A stretch of 64,000 nucleotides of DNA from Patescibacteria group bacterium (GTDB lineage: Bacteria; Patescibacteriota; Minisyncoccia; Phycocordibacterales; Phycocordibacteraceae): positions 243,026 to 307,025 of the forward strand of contig JAZJYZ010000001.1 in NCBI GenBank assembly GCA_040390125.1. The letters are read 5' to 3'. The translations under genes were made by a program, and so were the position numbers. Of the stretch, positions 35,696 through 44,744 are shown one piece after another. Positions within the stretch are counted from its first letter, which is position 1. The number at the start of each line of letters is the position of its first letter. The notes under the pieces were generated by a model that searched no databases, was not told the DNA's origin, and saw only the letters and a list, made by a program, of their open reading frames with translations.

Positions 35696-36631
35696 ATGGA
35701 CGTCATTAAAGAAACAAATTTTGAAGGGTTAGGAAAGAGAACACAGGGGAAGGTGCGGGATATTTATGAGCAACCGGCACAGCTTCTTTTGGTGACGACA
35801 GACAGGCACTCTTCGTTTGATAGAATTATTGCTCATATCCCACACAAGGGTGCAGTACTGAACCTAATAAGTGCGTTTTGGTTTGAACTTACGAAAGATA
35901 TTGTTCCCAATCAACTCATTGAAGTGCCCGACCCGAATGTGATTGTTGCCAAGCGAGCAGAGCCTTTCTTGGTGGAGGTAGTAGTGCGTGGATATTTAAC
36001 TGGTGTTACGGATACTTCTATATGGACTAATTACCAAAAAGGGAAGCGTGATTTTGGTGGCATTACACTCCCCGACGGCATGACAAAAAATATGCCACTT
36101 CCTCGAGCAATCATTACGCCAACAACAAAAGCAGGACATGACGAGAATCTAGAACTCTCAGAAGTAGTACCACGGGGTCTTGCGACTGCAGAGCAATGGA
36201 ACGAAATGCAGAAAGCGGCACTTGCTTTGTTTGCTCGTGGGCAGGAGCACGCATCGTCAAAGGGATTTATCCTCGTTGATACAAAATATGAATTCGGACT
36301 CTTTGACGGAAAAGTAATTCTTATAGACGAAGTGCACACGCCTGACAATTCACGTTACTGGCTCAAATCCTCTTTTGAAGAGCGTATTGCGAAAGGGGAG
36401 GAGCCAATGGCTTTTGATAAAGAGTTTTTACGTATTTGGTTTAAAGAAAATTGCGATCCATATAACGATGCCACTCTGCCAGAGGCTCCTACAGAAATGG
36501 TGACTGAGCTTTCTCGCAGGTACATTGAAATATACGAAACCCTTACGGGGACTAAGTTTGTAGTTGATGAGAGCGTGCCACCGCTGGAGCGGATGGAGAA
36601 AAACCTTGAGAAATATAAAACCTCCGCTTAG
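35696..36631 (+). CDS. purC: SAICAR synthetase PurC
   Basis: GKVRDIY, TDR.S.FD, KG.VL, E.VVRGYLTG, TPTTKA, LVDTKYEFG, DE.HTPD.SRYW, DKEF.R. Confidence 0.96.
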   Translation: MDVIKETNFEGLGKRTQGKVRDIYEQPAQLLLVTTDRHSSFDRIIAHIPHKGAVLNLISAFWFELTKDIVPNQLIEVPDPNVIVAKRAEPFLVEVVVRGYLTGVTDTSIWTNYQKGKRDFGGITLPDGMTKNMPLPRAIITPTTKAGHDENLELSEVVPRGLATAEQWNEMQKAALALFARGQEHASSKGFILVDTKYEFGLFDGKVILIDEVHTPDNSRYWLKSSFEERIAKGEEPMAFDKEFLRIWFKENCDPYNDATLPEAPTEMVTELSRRYIEIYETLTGTKFVVDESVPPLERMEKNLEKYKTSA

Positions 36632-36652
36632 CGGAGGTTTTTATTTTATCTA

Positions 36653-36886
36653 CTATTTACCTAAGCGTTTCAATTTCTTAATCACGCCCTTCTGTTCTGC
36701 AAGTAGTTGATCAAAGATTTCCTGGTTGCGATATGTTCGATTTGCATTTACACGACGACGAACGTCCGGCAGTATGGTTTCGATTACATCCAGTCGATCC
36801 TTTAGGTTTCTCGCACGCCATTCTTGAAGTCTCGCCCAAGGGTTCTTTTTTATTCCAAAGCTTTCTACTGCTACCGTCTGTTCCAT
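36653..36886 (-). CDS. Hypothetical small protein
   Basis: ATG start, helical character, shares a terminator with purC (AAAACCTCCGC-TTA-GCGGAGGTTTT). Confidence 0.5.
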   Translation of the reverse strand: MEQTVAVESFGIKKNPWARLQEWRARNLKDRLDVIETILPDVRRRVNANRTYRNQEIFDQLLAEQKGVIKKLKRLGK

Positions 36887-37005
36887 GTAGCGATATTACA
36901 CATTCAATAAAGTTTTGTCGATTTTAGGGAAAAGGGGATTGACCGATGCTTCAAAAGCGGTAATAGTGTATAAGAAGTTACTAGGAAATAGGTATTAAAG
37001 AGTAC

Positions 37006-37034
37006 TTGACAAAAATTAACTAGTCTGTTACTAT
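37006..37034 (+). promoter_or_regulatory. Sigma70-type promoter, leaderless arrangement
   Basis: TTGACA-N17-TACTAT with ATG 7 nt downstream. Confidence 0.7.
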
Positions 37035-37041
37035 ATACGGT

Positions 37042-37440
37042 ATGTCAGAAGCTCATAAGCCATACTCCTCAGATGAGGACATAACATTAACGGGGGTCGC
37101 CAAGGAGACTTGGGGGCGTTTAAGTGCAAACGCACGTATTGTTTTTGATGTCTTATTCCGAAATGCTGGTGCACCAAAAGGTCCTTCAGGTTTTAAGGGT
37201 GCGGGGGATGTTCCAGGTGTGAGTTTGATTGATTGGCAAAGGGTAAATGGTTTAAAGAATCCTAATCTACCACAGGAAGGGCAGGGCATTGTGCCAACAT
37301 TTGTGTCTAGAAACCTTGGCATGGATCCATACGATGAAGCGGGGATGCGAGAAGATATAGAGACTCCGGGTGAGACGATGGGATTTTCGATAGCAAAGGC
37401 ACGACTACTAAGGGAAGATCGTAGACGCATGGCAGTGTAA
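37042..37440 (+). CDS. Hypothetical protein
   Basis: 132-aa ORF directly behind a consensus promoter. Confidence 0.6.
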   Translation: MSEAHKPYSSDEDITLTGVAKETWGRLSANARIVFDVLFRNAGAPKGPSGFKGAGDVPGVSLIDWQRVNGLKNPNLPQEGQGIVPTFVSRNLGMDPYDEAGMREDIETPGETMGFSIAKARLLREDRRRMAV

Positions 37441-37529
37441 ATACATTGATTGCGTATTGGTGCTTCTCGAGGTATTCTCTAAAAGGCTCCGTGCGGAGCT
37501 TTTTTCTTAGATAGATCCTGAAAAACATC

Positions 37530-39314
37530 ATGGAAATTAGAAATATTGCAATTATTGCCCACGTGGACCATGGGAAAACCACGCTCACTGACGCACTGTT
37601 GAAACAAACAGGTGTGGGTGAAGAGGGTGTTTCGATGGACTCAAATAAGCTCGAGCTTGAGCGTGGAATTACCATTTATGCCAAAAATGCTTCCGTTCCC
37701 TATAAAGGTACAAAAATAAATATCGTTGATACTCCTGGGCACGCTGATTTCGGCTCTGAAGTTGAGCGAGTACTCCGCTCCATTGACTCGGTGCTTTTGG
37801 TGGTGGACGCTCAGGAAGGTCCAATGCCACAAACACGCTTCGTTTTGAAGAAGTCGTTAGAGCTTGGCCTGAAGCCTATCGTTGTTTTAAATAAAATTGA
37901 TAAGCCTGCGGCAGATCCGGCACGTGCTGAAGAGCAGGTGTTGGAACTTTTCTTGGAGCTTGGAGCGAACGATGAGCAGGCAGATTTTCCGGTGGTCTAC
38001 GCTATTGGCAAGCAGGGTATTGCAAAAAATAAACTTGAAGACGATTCAAAAGACTTGATGCCTTTGCTCGATACCATCCTCAAGTACGTACCTCCTGCAT
38101 CGAAAGAGTCTGAAGGGGGAGCACTTTTGATTCAGCCATTCAACCTCGCCTATGACAATTTCTTAGGACGTATGGCGATTTGTCGTGTGTATCACGGCAC
38201 CGTGACCACAGGTCAGTCAGTATTCATAAAAAAACCAGACGGAGAAACTCGTACTGGAAAAATTGTAAAGATGTTTACATTCAGTGGCTTGAAGCGGGTA
38301 GAGGCAGAGTCGGTAAGCTCGGGTGATATTTGTATGATTGCGGGGCTTTCTGATATTTATATTGGCGAGACAGTTACGAACGACAAGGATGTGGAGCCGT
38401 TGCCTGCAATTACCGTTGATGAACCAACGATTCAACTCAATTTTTATCCGAACTCTTCGCCCTTTGCAGGCAAGGAAGGAAAATTTGTAACCACTCGCCA
38501 AATTAGAGACAGACTTGAGCGGGAACTTGAAGTGAATGTGGGACTCAAAGTCGATTTCTCTTCGGGTGAAACATTTTTGGTGTCTGGCCGTGGAGAGTTA
38601 CACGTTGCAATTTTGCTTGAGAACATGCGTCGTGAGGGCTTCGAGCTTCAAGTGTCCCAGCCTAAAGTCATCATTCATGAGGAGAATGGCATAAAGATGG
38701 AGCCGTTTGAAGAAGTTATTGTTGATTCGCCATCTGAATTTCAAGGACCTATTATTGAGCGCTTAGGTGTTCGAGCATTCGTGATGCAAAACTTGGTGAC
38801 TCACGGCAATTCAGTTCGCCTTACCTTTGAAGGCCCTACACGTGGACTCTTGGGTTTCCGTAATCAGTTCATCATTGATACGAAAGGCGAGGGGATTCTT
38901 TCGTCACGCTTCGTTGGCTTTAAGCCGTATGCAGGAGAAATAAAGAAACGCTCAGTCGGTTCTATGATTTCAATGGCAGCAGGTAAGGCACTCGGTTTCT
39001 CTTTGTGGAATCTTCAGGACAGAGGGGTTTTGTACATCGGCCCTACAACTGAAGTGTATGAAGGCATGGTGGTGGGCAATACCTCGAAAGGTGAAGAGAT
39101 GTCTGTGAATCCAACCAAGGGAAAACAGCTCACCAACATGCGTGCATCTGGCTCGGACGAGGCTATTAATATCACCCCTCCCTACACACTTACTATTGAA
39201 CGCGGGCTTGAAATAATGTCAGACGATGAGTTTCTTGAAATTACTCCGTTGAATATTCGTCTACGCAAGCAATTTTTGTCTGAGAGCGAGAGAGCGAAAG
39301 CCAAGAGAAGTTAA
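37530..39314 (+). CDS. typA: Translational GTPase TypA/BipA
   Basis: [52 protein letters not shown]. Confidence 0.97.
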   Translation: MEIRNIAIIAHVDHGKTTLTDALLKQTGVGEEGVSMDSNKLELERGITIYAKNASVPYKGTKINIVDTPGHADFGSEVERVLRSIDSVLLVVDAQEGPMPQTRFVLKKSLELGLKPIVVLNKIDKPAADPARAEEQVLELFLELGANDEQADFPVVYAIGKQGIAKNKLEDDSKDLMPLLDTILKYVPPASKESEGGALLIQPFNLAYDNFLGRMAICRVYHGTVTTGQSVFIKKPDGETRTGKIVKMFTFSGLKRVEAESVSSGDICMIAGLSDIYIGETVTNDKDVEPLPAITVDEPTIQLNFYPNSSPFAGKEGKFVTTRQIRDRLERELEVNVGLKVDFSSGETFLVSGRGELHVAILLENMRREGFELQVSQPKVIIHEENGIKMEPFEEVIVDSPSEFQGPIIERLGVRAFVMQNLVTHGNSVRLTFEGPTRGLLGFRNQFIIDTKGEGILSSRFVGFKPYAGEIKKRSVGSMISMAAGKALGFSLWNLQDRGVLYIGPTTEVYEGMVVGNTSKGEEMSVNPTKGKQLTNMRASGSDEAINITPPYTLTIERGLEIMSDDEFLEITPLNIRLRKQFLSESERAKAKRS

Positions 39315-39344
39315 GACCTAGGTGCAGTTTGTTATACTGCGCCC

Positions 39345-39908
39345 ATGAAGAACCTTCTTATAGCCACTGTGCTTTTAGGTGCAGTGCTCTCTGCCTTTTT
39401 TGTGTTTAACCAGCGACGCCCCTTGTTGTCTGGTGCAGGCGAGATGCGTCAATATGTGAGAGACGATATTTCTTTTTCATATCCTGCTTATTATTTTGTA
39501 GAAGAGAAAGATGAAGAAAACACTACACGAAGCCATCACTCCATAACTCTTACTGAGGATACTGAAGAAAATAAAGCGATGCGAGAAGGGTTAGCGCCAG
39601 GTCGTGAAGGTCCAACCGCTATTGTGATTGATATATTTCAAAATGATCTTGATCATATGACAGCAAAAGACTGGATTGTGAAGATGCCTCGTTCCAACTA
39701 TGCGCTCTCTCCTGATTCTATTTTGACAGCACGAACAGTTGGGGCTATTAAAGGTTTTGAGTATCGCTGGTCAGGACTCTATGAAGCCAGAGCAGTTGTG
39801 GTAGTAAATGATTATTTTGTATATTCACTTACTGCCACCTATCTCACACCAGAGGATCTGATTCTTAAGGATTTCGAGACAATTCTTGAGAGCGTGAAAT
39901 TCGAGTAA
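39345..39908 (+). CDS. Membrane-anchored hypothetical protein (PsbP-like pattern)
   Basis: TM helix; ISFSYP; C-terminal F..IL.S.KF. Confidence 0.6.
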   Translation: MKNLLIATVLLGAVLSAFFVFNQRRPLLSGAGEMRQYVRDDISFSYPAYYFVEEKDEENTTRSHHSITLTEDTEENKAMREGLAPGREGPTAIVIDIFQNDLDHMTAKDWIVKMPRSNYALSPDSILTARTVGAIKGFEYRWSGLYEARAVVVVNDYFVYSLTATYLTPEDLILKDFETILESVKFE

Positions 39909-39932
39909 TAGAGAGTTATACTGTTTTTACCT

Positions 39933-40331
39933 ATGAAAAATAACAAATATACACTTATAGCAGTAGCTGTTGTGCTGATAGTTCTACTTGGAGGATTTGT
40001 TTCGTATCAGTCATACAAATCGGCAGGACCGGCAGTGTCGGGCGCACTTGATCCATTTGCGACGTGTCTAAAAGATTCAGGAGCGATTTTTTACGGGGCT
40101 TTTTGGTGTCCTCACTGCCAAGCGACAAAAAAAATGTTTGGCGCTTCAGCAAAATTGCTTCCCTATGTTGAGTGTTCAATGCCCGATGGAAGCAACCAAA
40201 CACAAGTTTGCATTGACAAAGGTATTAAGTCGTATCCGACATGGAAATTCTCCGATGGGTCAGAGCTTACCGGCGAGAGAACGCTCGCTGAGCTTGCCGA
40301 AAAAACAAGCTGTGAGCTTCCGGTTCAATAA
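39933..40331 (+). CDS. Membrane-anchored thioredoxin-fold protein (CPHC)
   Basis: FYGAFWCPHC, YVEC, C...I.SYPTW. Confidence 0.85.
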   Translation: MKNNKYTLIAVAVVLIVLLGGFVSYQSYKSAGPAVSGALDPFATCLKDSGAIFYGAFWCPHCQATKKMFGASAKLLPYVECSMPDGSNQTQVCIDKGIKSYPTWKFSDGSELTGERTLAELAEKTSCELPVQ

Positions 40332-40334
40332 TAT

Positions 40335-40955
40335 ATGCTCACTCTTGAGACTCTCAACTACCTGATTGCCGTAAGCACTATTGGGATGCAAGTAGCATCC
40401 GTAGCACTTTTGGTAGTGTTCTTCTTTAGAAAAAGCCCATGGGCTCGAGGTATTGCTGAGCTCGTTACCAACTGGGGTTTGTGGGTTTCTTTGCTCCTCG
40501 TTGTAGCTGGTACTCTACTGAGCTTAGTGTATTCAGAATATTTCGGTATTGTGCCGTGCGGTCTTTGTTGGCTTCAGAGAGTCTTCCTCTATCCGCAGGT
40601 TGTCTTGTTTGCGTTGGCTACTTGGAAAAAAAGCGAACTGCTTCGCTTTTTTTCCGGTGGCGAAGCCAAGCGCCAATATTCGCAAAGCGAAAAGGCACTA
40701 GGAGGGACAAATGATTCCTTTTTTGCAGATTATTCAATTGTGCTTTCATTTTTAGGTGGGGCAGTTGCACTGTATCAACATTATTTACAGATGGGTGGAA
40801 CAAGTGCACTGCCTTGCCCAGCATCAGGCGTTACGGATTGTGCAAAGCGATTTCTCTTTGAATTCGATTACATCACATTTCCACTCGTTGCGTTCTCTTC
40901 GTTCGCACTTCTTTTCGTCATAATGCTTTTTGTACGACAGAAGCGAGCTACGTAA
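40335..40955 (+). CDS. dsbB: Disulfide bond formation protein B family, with 27-aa in-frame insert
   Basis: PCGLCWLQR..YP, second Cys pair LPC....DC, YITFP; multiple TM helices. Confidence 0.88.
   Translation: MLTLETLNYLIAVSTIGMQVASVALLVVFFFRKSPWARGIAELVTNWGLWVSLLLVVAGTLLSLVYSEYFGIVPCGLCWLQRVFLYPQVVLFALATWKKSELLRFFSGGEAKRQYSQSEKALGGTNDSFFADYSIVLSFLGGAVALYQHYLQMGGTSALPCPASGVTDCAKRFLFEFDYITFPLVAFSSFALLFVIMLFVRQKRAT
40624..40706 (+). mobile_element. Structured element inserted in frame in dsbB (81 nt, 40626-40706)
   Basis: Perfect 14-bp hairpin GGAAAAAAAGCGAA-CTGC-TTCGCTTTTTTTCC, two smaller hairpins, ends TAGGAGGG; same architecture as 5211-5299. Confidence 0.7.
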
Positions 40956-40966
40956 TTTAGAATGCC

Positions 40967-41407
40967 ATGCACATTAAAGAACTTGGGCATGTAGTGTTGT
41001 ATGTTTCCAACCTGGAGCGGTCGGCAAATTTTTATAGAGATACTTTGGGTTTTACTGAAATTGCCAGGGAACCTGGAGTTGCGGCATTCTCATCTGGTCG
41101 GACTCATCATGAGCTTCTATTGATCGAGATAGGGAAGGAACCCAAAGCAAAAGAAGTAATTGAAACCGGCTTGTACCACATTGGTTTCAAAATAGGGGAC
41201 ACCAGGGAAGAATTAAAGCAGGCATACAAGGAGTTGCAGGCGAAAGGGGTACAAATAATCGGCATGTCTGATCATGCAGTTACTCATTCGCTCTATATTC
41301 TTGATCCTGATGGAAATGAGCTCGAGCTCTATGCTGATGTGAGTGACGTGTGGAAGAAAGACCCTCGTGCCGTTATGAGTCCAACTCGCCCGCTGAGCCT
41401 TGACTGA
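40967..41407 (+). CDS. VOC/glyoxalase family protein
   Basis: LGHVVL.V..L..S..FY...LG, HHEL, GLYHIGF, SLY..DPDGNELEL. Confidence 0.88.
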   Translation: MHIKELGHVVLYVSNLERSANFYRDTLGFTEIAREPGVAAFSSGRTHHELLLIEIGKEPKAKEVIETGLYHIGFKIGDTREELKQAYKELQAKGVQIIGMSDHAVTHSLYILDPDGNELELYADVSDVWKKDPRAVMSPTRPLSLD

Positions 41408-41637
41408 TGTGACTTCTTAGGATATAGTATAGAAGTACTCATTTTCTCCATTCGCTTTTAGGGGTGTGCCCCTCACAGAGCCTTTGGAAATAAGGAATCT
41501 GTTTCCTGCAGAATCCAAGGGCGCTGTATTGATTTTTATTTCAATAGTAATGCGCATGTGTGAGATACACGCTTGCATATCGTAAGTGCATCTGGCGATC
41601 AATGCGCCGGTTATTATTGAAATAAATTAAAGCAGTT

Positions 41638-43113
41638 ATGTATAACTCAGATAGTAATAGTAAAGGTAAGTTTTCACGTACCCCTCGTCATTCGCGGGGA
41701 GGTTCTAGCTCTGCACCACGGAGTCCTCGAAGTGGTTCACGTGCTCCATATAGTGCGGATTCTGGTCCGAGCCGTTCTTCGTTTGCACCAAGTGCTCGCC
41801 CATACCAAGGAGGAGGTAGCCGTTCAGGTGGCGGAGGTAGTTCTCGTCCACCGTACCAAGGAGGACACTCTCGTCCATATCAGGGAGGTGGTCGCCCACC
41901 ATACAGAGGCGGTGGAGCTCCACGTTTTGGTGGCGGAGGCGGTAGTCGTTACGGCGGAGGCGGTGGTAGAGGAGGAGGTCGTTCGTTTGATAAATATATT
42001 GATGCTTCCCGTTTCGTAAACAAGGCAGTCATTACAGAGAGAGTAGAGCACTTTGTTCCTGAACATGCGTTTGCAGATTTTAAGGTAGATGAACGCTTGA
42101 AAACTGCCATTAGCAAGAAAGGATATGTTCTTCCAACACCGATTCAAGATAAGGCAATTCCTCATATTCTTCGAGGAGAAGACGTAGTGGGTATTGCAAA
42201 CACCGGCACCGGAAAAACGGCGGCATTTTTGATTCCACTCATCGACAAGATGCTTAAAAATCCCGAGGAAGAAATACTCATCATGGTTCCTACACGTGAA
42301 CTTGCACTCCAGATTGAGCAGGAGTTTCGTGGCTTTGCACCAGGACTTCGTTTGTATTCTGCCTGCTTCGTGGGAGGTGTGTATATCGGTAAAGATTTGC
42401 AAAAACTTCGCCAAAGAAACAATCTCGTCATTGGTACGCCAGGGAGACTCAAAGACTTGGTAGAGAGACGTGCACTCAATCTTTCAAAATTCAAGACGGT
42501 AGTTCTCGACGAAGCAGACCGCATGCTCGACATGGGCTTCATTGCTGATATGCGTTTTATGCTTTCAAAAATGGAACCTGTGCGTCACACACTCTTCTTC
42601 TCGGCGACACTCACAAAGGAAATTGAAAAACTCATCAAAGATTTCTTGCAGAATCCCGTTACTATTTCAGTGAAGACGCAAGAAACCGCTGAGTCTATTG
42701 ATCAAGACGTAGTCAAAGTAAGTGCCGATGAAACAAAGATCGATGTGCTCTTAGATTTGTTGAAGCAACCTGAATTCGATAAAGTGCTTGTGTTCGGAAA
42801 AACGAAGCATGGTGTTGAAAAATTGGCGAAAGCACTCGTTGCTATGGGTGTTAAAGCTGAATCTATTCACGGAAACAAGACTCACGGAAAGCGACAGAAG
42901 GCACTCGACCTTTTCAAGCGTGATCAAGTACAGGTGCTTGTTGCAACGGATGTTGCGGCACGAGGCCTCGACATCGTTGGTGTGTCACACGTGATCAACT
43001 TCGACATTCCTTCAACGTATGAAGATTACGTCCATCGCATTGGACGCACCGGCAGAGGTGGAAAGAAAGGGAAGGCTCTTACTTTCGTTGAACAGAAAGG
43101 CGGTCGTCGTTAA
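41638..43113 (+). CDS. DEAD-box RNA helicase with RGG-rich disordered N-terminus
   Basis: PTPIQ, TGTGKT, PTRELA, TPGR, DEAD, SAT, ARGLD, YVHRIGRTGR. Confidence 0.95.
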   Translation: MYNSDSNSKGKFSRTPRHSRGGSSSAPRSPRSGSRAPYSADSGPSRSSFAPSARPYQGGGSRSGGGGSSRPPYQGGHSRPYQGGGRPPYRGGGAPRFGGGGGSRYGGGGGRGGGRSFDKYIDASRFVNKAVITERVEHFVPEHAFADFKVDERLKTAISKKGYVLPTPIQDKAIPHILRGEDVVGIANTGTGKTAAFLIPLIDKMLKNPEEEILIMVPTRELALQIEQEFRGFAPGLRLYSACFVGGVYIGKDLQKLRQRNNLVIGTPGRLKDLVERRALNLSKFKTVVLDEADRMLDMGFIADMRFMLSKMEPVRHTLFFSATLTKEIEKLIKDFLQNPVTISVKTQETAESIDQDVVKVSADETKIDVLLDLLKQPEFDKVLVFGKTKHGVEKLAKALVAMGVKAESIHGNKTHGKRQKALDLFKRDQVQVLVATDVAARGLDIVGVSHVINFDIPSTYEDYVHRIGRTGRGGKKGKALTFVEQKGGRR

Positions 43114-43130
43114 TTTTTCTGCTCCACACT

Positions 43131-43159
43131 TTGACGTGCACACCTCTCGCACGTATGAT
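43131..43159 (+). promoter_or_regulatory. Sigma70-type promoter with overlapping inverted repeat
   Basis: TTGACG-N17-TATGAT; CACACCTCTC...GAGAGGTGTG flanks the -10 box. Confidence 0.65.
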
Positions 43160-43208
43160 GAGAGGTGTGACACCATTCTTAGTAGCCTGAAAAAATAATT
43201 TTCTTGAT

Positions 43209-43328
43209 ATGGATACAGATACACCAATGGTACCGACTCCTCCTATGGAGCCTGCACACGAAGTTCCTACTCCGGCAATGCCAGAAGCACCAGCTTCAGC
43301 ACCGGTCGAAGAGCATCCGGCAGTTTAG
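43209..43328 (+). CDS. Putative 39-aa Pro-rich acidic small protein (not in ORF track)
   Basis: MDTDTPMVPTPPMEPAHEVPTPAMPEAPASAPVEEHPAV behind a consensus promoter. Confidence 0.5.
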   Translation: MDTDTPMVPTPPMEPAHEVPTPAMPEAPASAPVEEHPAV

Positions 43329-43330
43329 TA

Positions 43331-43495
43331 AGAGCATCCCTAAAAACTCCGTCCTGCCTGCAATGCATTTTTCCGGGCTACGACACACTCGTCTCATCCT
43401 CTACGTACTTCCAATACGTTTCGGATTCCGACTCGGTGTCTCACCTTCGGAAACATGCATCTCGGCTCGAACACCCCAGTTTTTAGGTATACTCT
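43331..43495. mobile_element. MITE-like element with 18-bp terminal inverted repeats
   Basis: AGAGCATCCCTAAAAACT ... AGTTTTTAGGTATACTCT (16/18); nested stems ATGCAT..TTCCG/CGGAA..ATGCAT and GACAC/GTGTC. Confidence 0.7.
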
Positions 43496-43504
43496 AGTTC
43501 TTTA

Positions 43505-43537
43505 AAAAGCGAGGCAGGGAAACCTGCCTCGCTTTTT
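43505..43537 (+). terminator. Intrinsic terminator
   Basis: AAAAAGCGAGGCAGG-GAAA-CCTGCCTCGCTTTTT. Confidence 0.8.
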
Positions 43538-43590
43538 GTTATTGGTTAGTAAAGTCAATAATGGCCTCCAGAGAGTGGTAAAATGCTCAT

Positions 43591-44034
43591 ATGAAAAAAT
43601 ACCTTGTTCTTTTTGGGGTACTCGTACTTGTGGCTGTCGGAGCACTCTATTTTTTCTTTCTTTCTGAGGTGGATGCTCCGAGCGTCTCTACCGTACATTA
43701 CGTGAATGCAACAGCAGACAATATAGTAGTTGCGTCGCCAAAGCCTGGAGAAAGTCTAGGGTCTATTATTGATGTTTCCGGTCGTGCCAGAGGAATGTGG
43801 TATTTCGAAGCTAGTTTTCCAATTCAAGTCGTTGACGATACGGGGGCTGTGATAGCGCAAGATATTGCGACTGCAGACGGGGAATGGATGACGGAGGAGT
43901 TTGTACCCTTCACGGCAACAATTACGTTGACGTCTCCGTACACTGGCCCCGCAACACTCATTCTCAAAAAAGATAACCCTTCGGGTGAAGCGTCAAGGGA
44001 TGCCTCCATGGAGATTCCTATAGTGATTCAATAA
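43591..44034 (+). CDS. Membrane-anchored Gmad2-type immunoglobulin-like protein
   Basis: I.V..P..G....V.G.ARG.WYFEASFP...WMT..FVPF...DNPSG. Confidence 0.8.
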   Translation: MKKYLVLFGVLVLVAVGALYFFFLSEVDAPSVSTVHYVNATADNIVVASPKPGESLGSIIDVSGRARGMWYFEASFPIQVVDDTGAVIAQDIATADGEWMTEEFVPFTATITLTSPYTGPATLILKKDNPSGEASRDASMEIPIVIQ

Positions 44035-44041
44035 GCTGTAT

Positions 44042-44416
44042 ATGCAGGACATCGCACACACCAAACATCGAGCAGTGATTGTGGCGTTTATTATTTTGAT
44101 TATTACTATTGCGGCACTTGCCGTGTGGCCTGATGCACGTCGACAACCAAATCAAGTTAATAAGAGCGCTGATATTATTGCAACGGTAACGTATCAATGT
44201 GAAGAAGATAAGTGGGTTCGTGCGATGTATACAAAGGACAACACCGTAGAGTTAGAGCTCAGCGATCTTCGGGCAATCACACTGCCTTTGACCGTGTCCG
44301 CCTCTGGTGCGAAGTATGCCAATGCAAATGAAAATTTCGTGTTTTGGAACAACGCCAGTACCGCTTTCATACAAGAAAACAATGCTTTGACGTTTACGAA
44401 CTGCATCACTGAGTGA
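44042..44416 (+). CDS. MliC-family (lysozyme inhibitor-like) protein
   Basis: YQC...LP...SASGAKY.....FW......C. Confidence 0.8.
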   Translation: MQDIAHTKHRAVIVAFIILIITIAALAVWPDARRQPNQVNKSADIIATVTYQCEEDKWVRAMYTKDNTVELELSDLRAITLPLTVSASGAKYANANENFVFWNNASTAFIQENNALTFTNCITE

Positions 44417-44455
44417 TTAACGGTTTTTAGTTGATTTCCTTATTTTTCTTTCATT

Positions 44456-44716
44456 TTGTATACTTTTTGTATGAGTATGTATACCCGTGATGGCTGTCCG
44501 GTTACTCGTGATATCCGTATGATTCACGGTGGAGCGGGGCAGGGAGGAGCACCCTATGATTCTGAAATCAGACCGCCTCTGTCCTTGAAGCAACAAGCCG
44601 TACAATACAGAAACAAAGCCGATGTGCTTGCTCATACGGGGCAGCATAAGCTTGCATTACTTTTTCGATCTATGGCTAATGCCATAGATCCGATTGCAAA
44701 GAAAAAGACCTCTTAA
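44456..44716 (+). CDS. Hypothetical small protein (start uncertain)
   Basis: ORF ending at bidirectional terminator AAAGACCTC-TTAA-GAGGTCTTT. Confidence 0.4.
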   Translation: MYTFCMSMYTRDGCPVTRDIRMIHGGAGQGGAPYDSEIRPPLSLKQQAVQYRNKADVLAHTGQHKLALLFRSMANAIDPIAKKKTS

Positions 44717-44744
44717 GAGGTCTTTTGTGTTGAGGCCTTATAAC

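Noticed and set aside
43204-43497. 97-aa ORF from the track
   Set aside because: Non-ATG start, reads through the MITE; the 39-aa ATG ORF in another frame fits better
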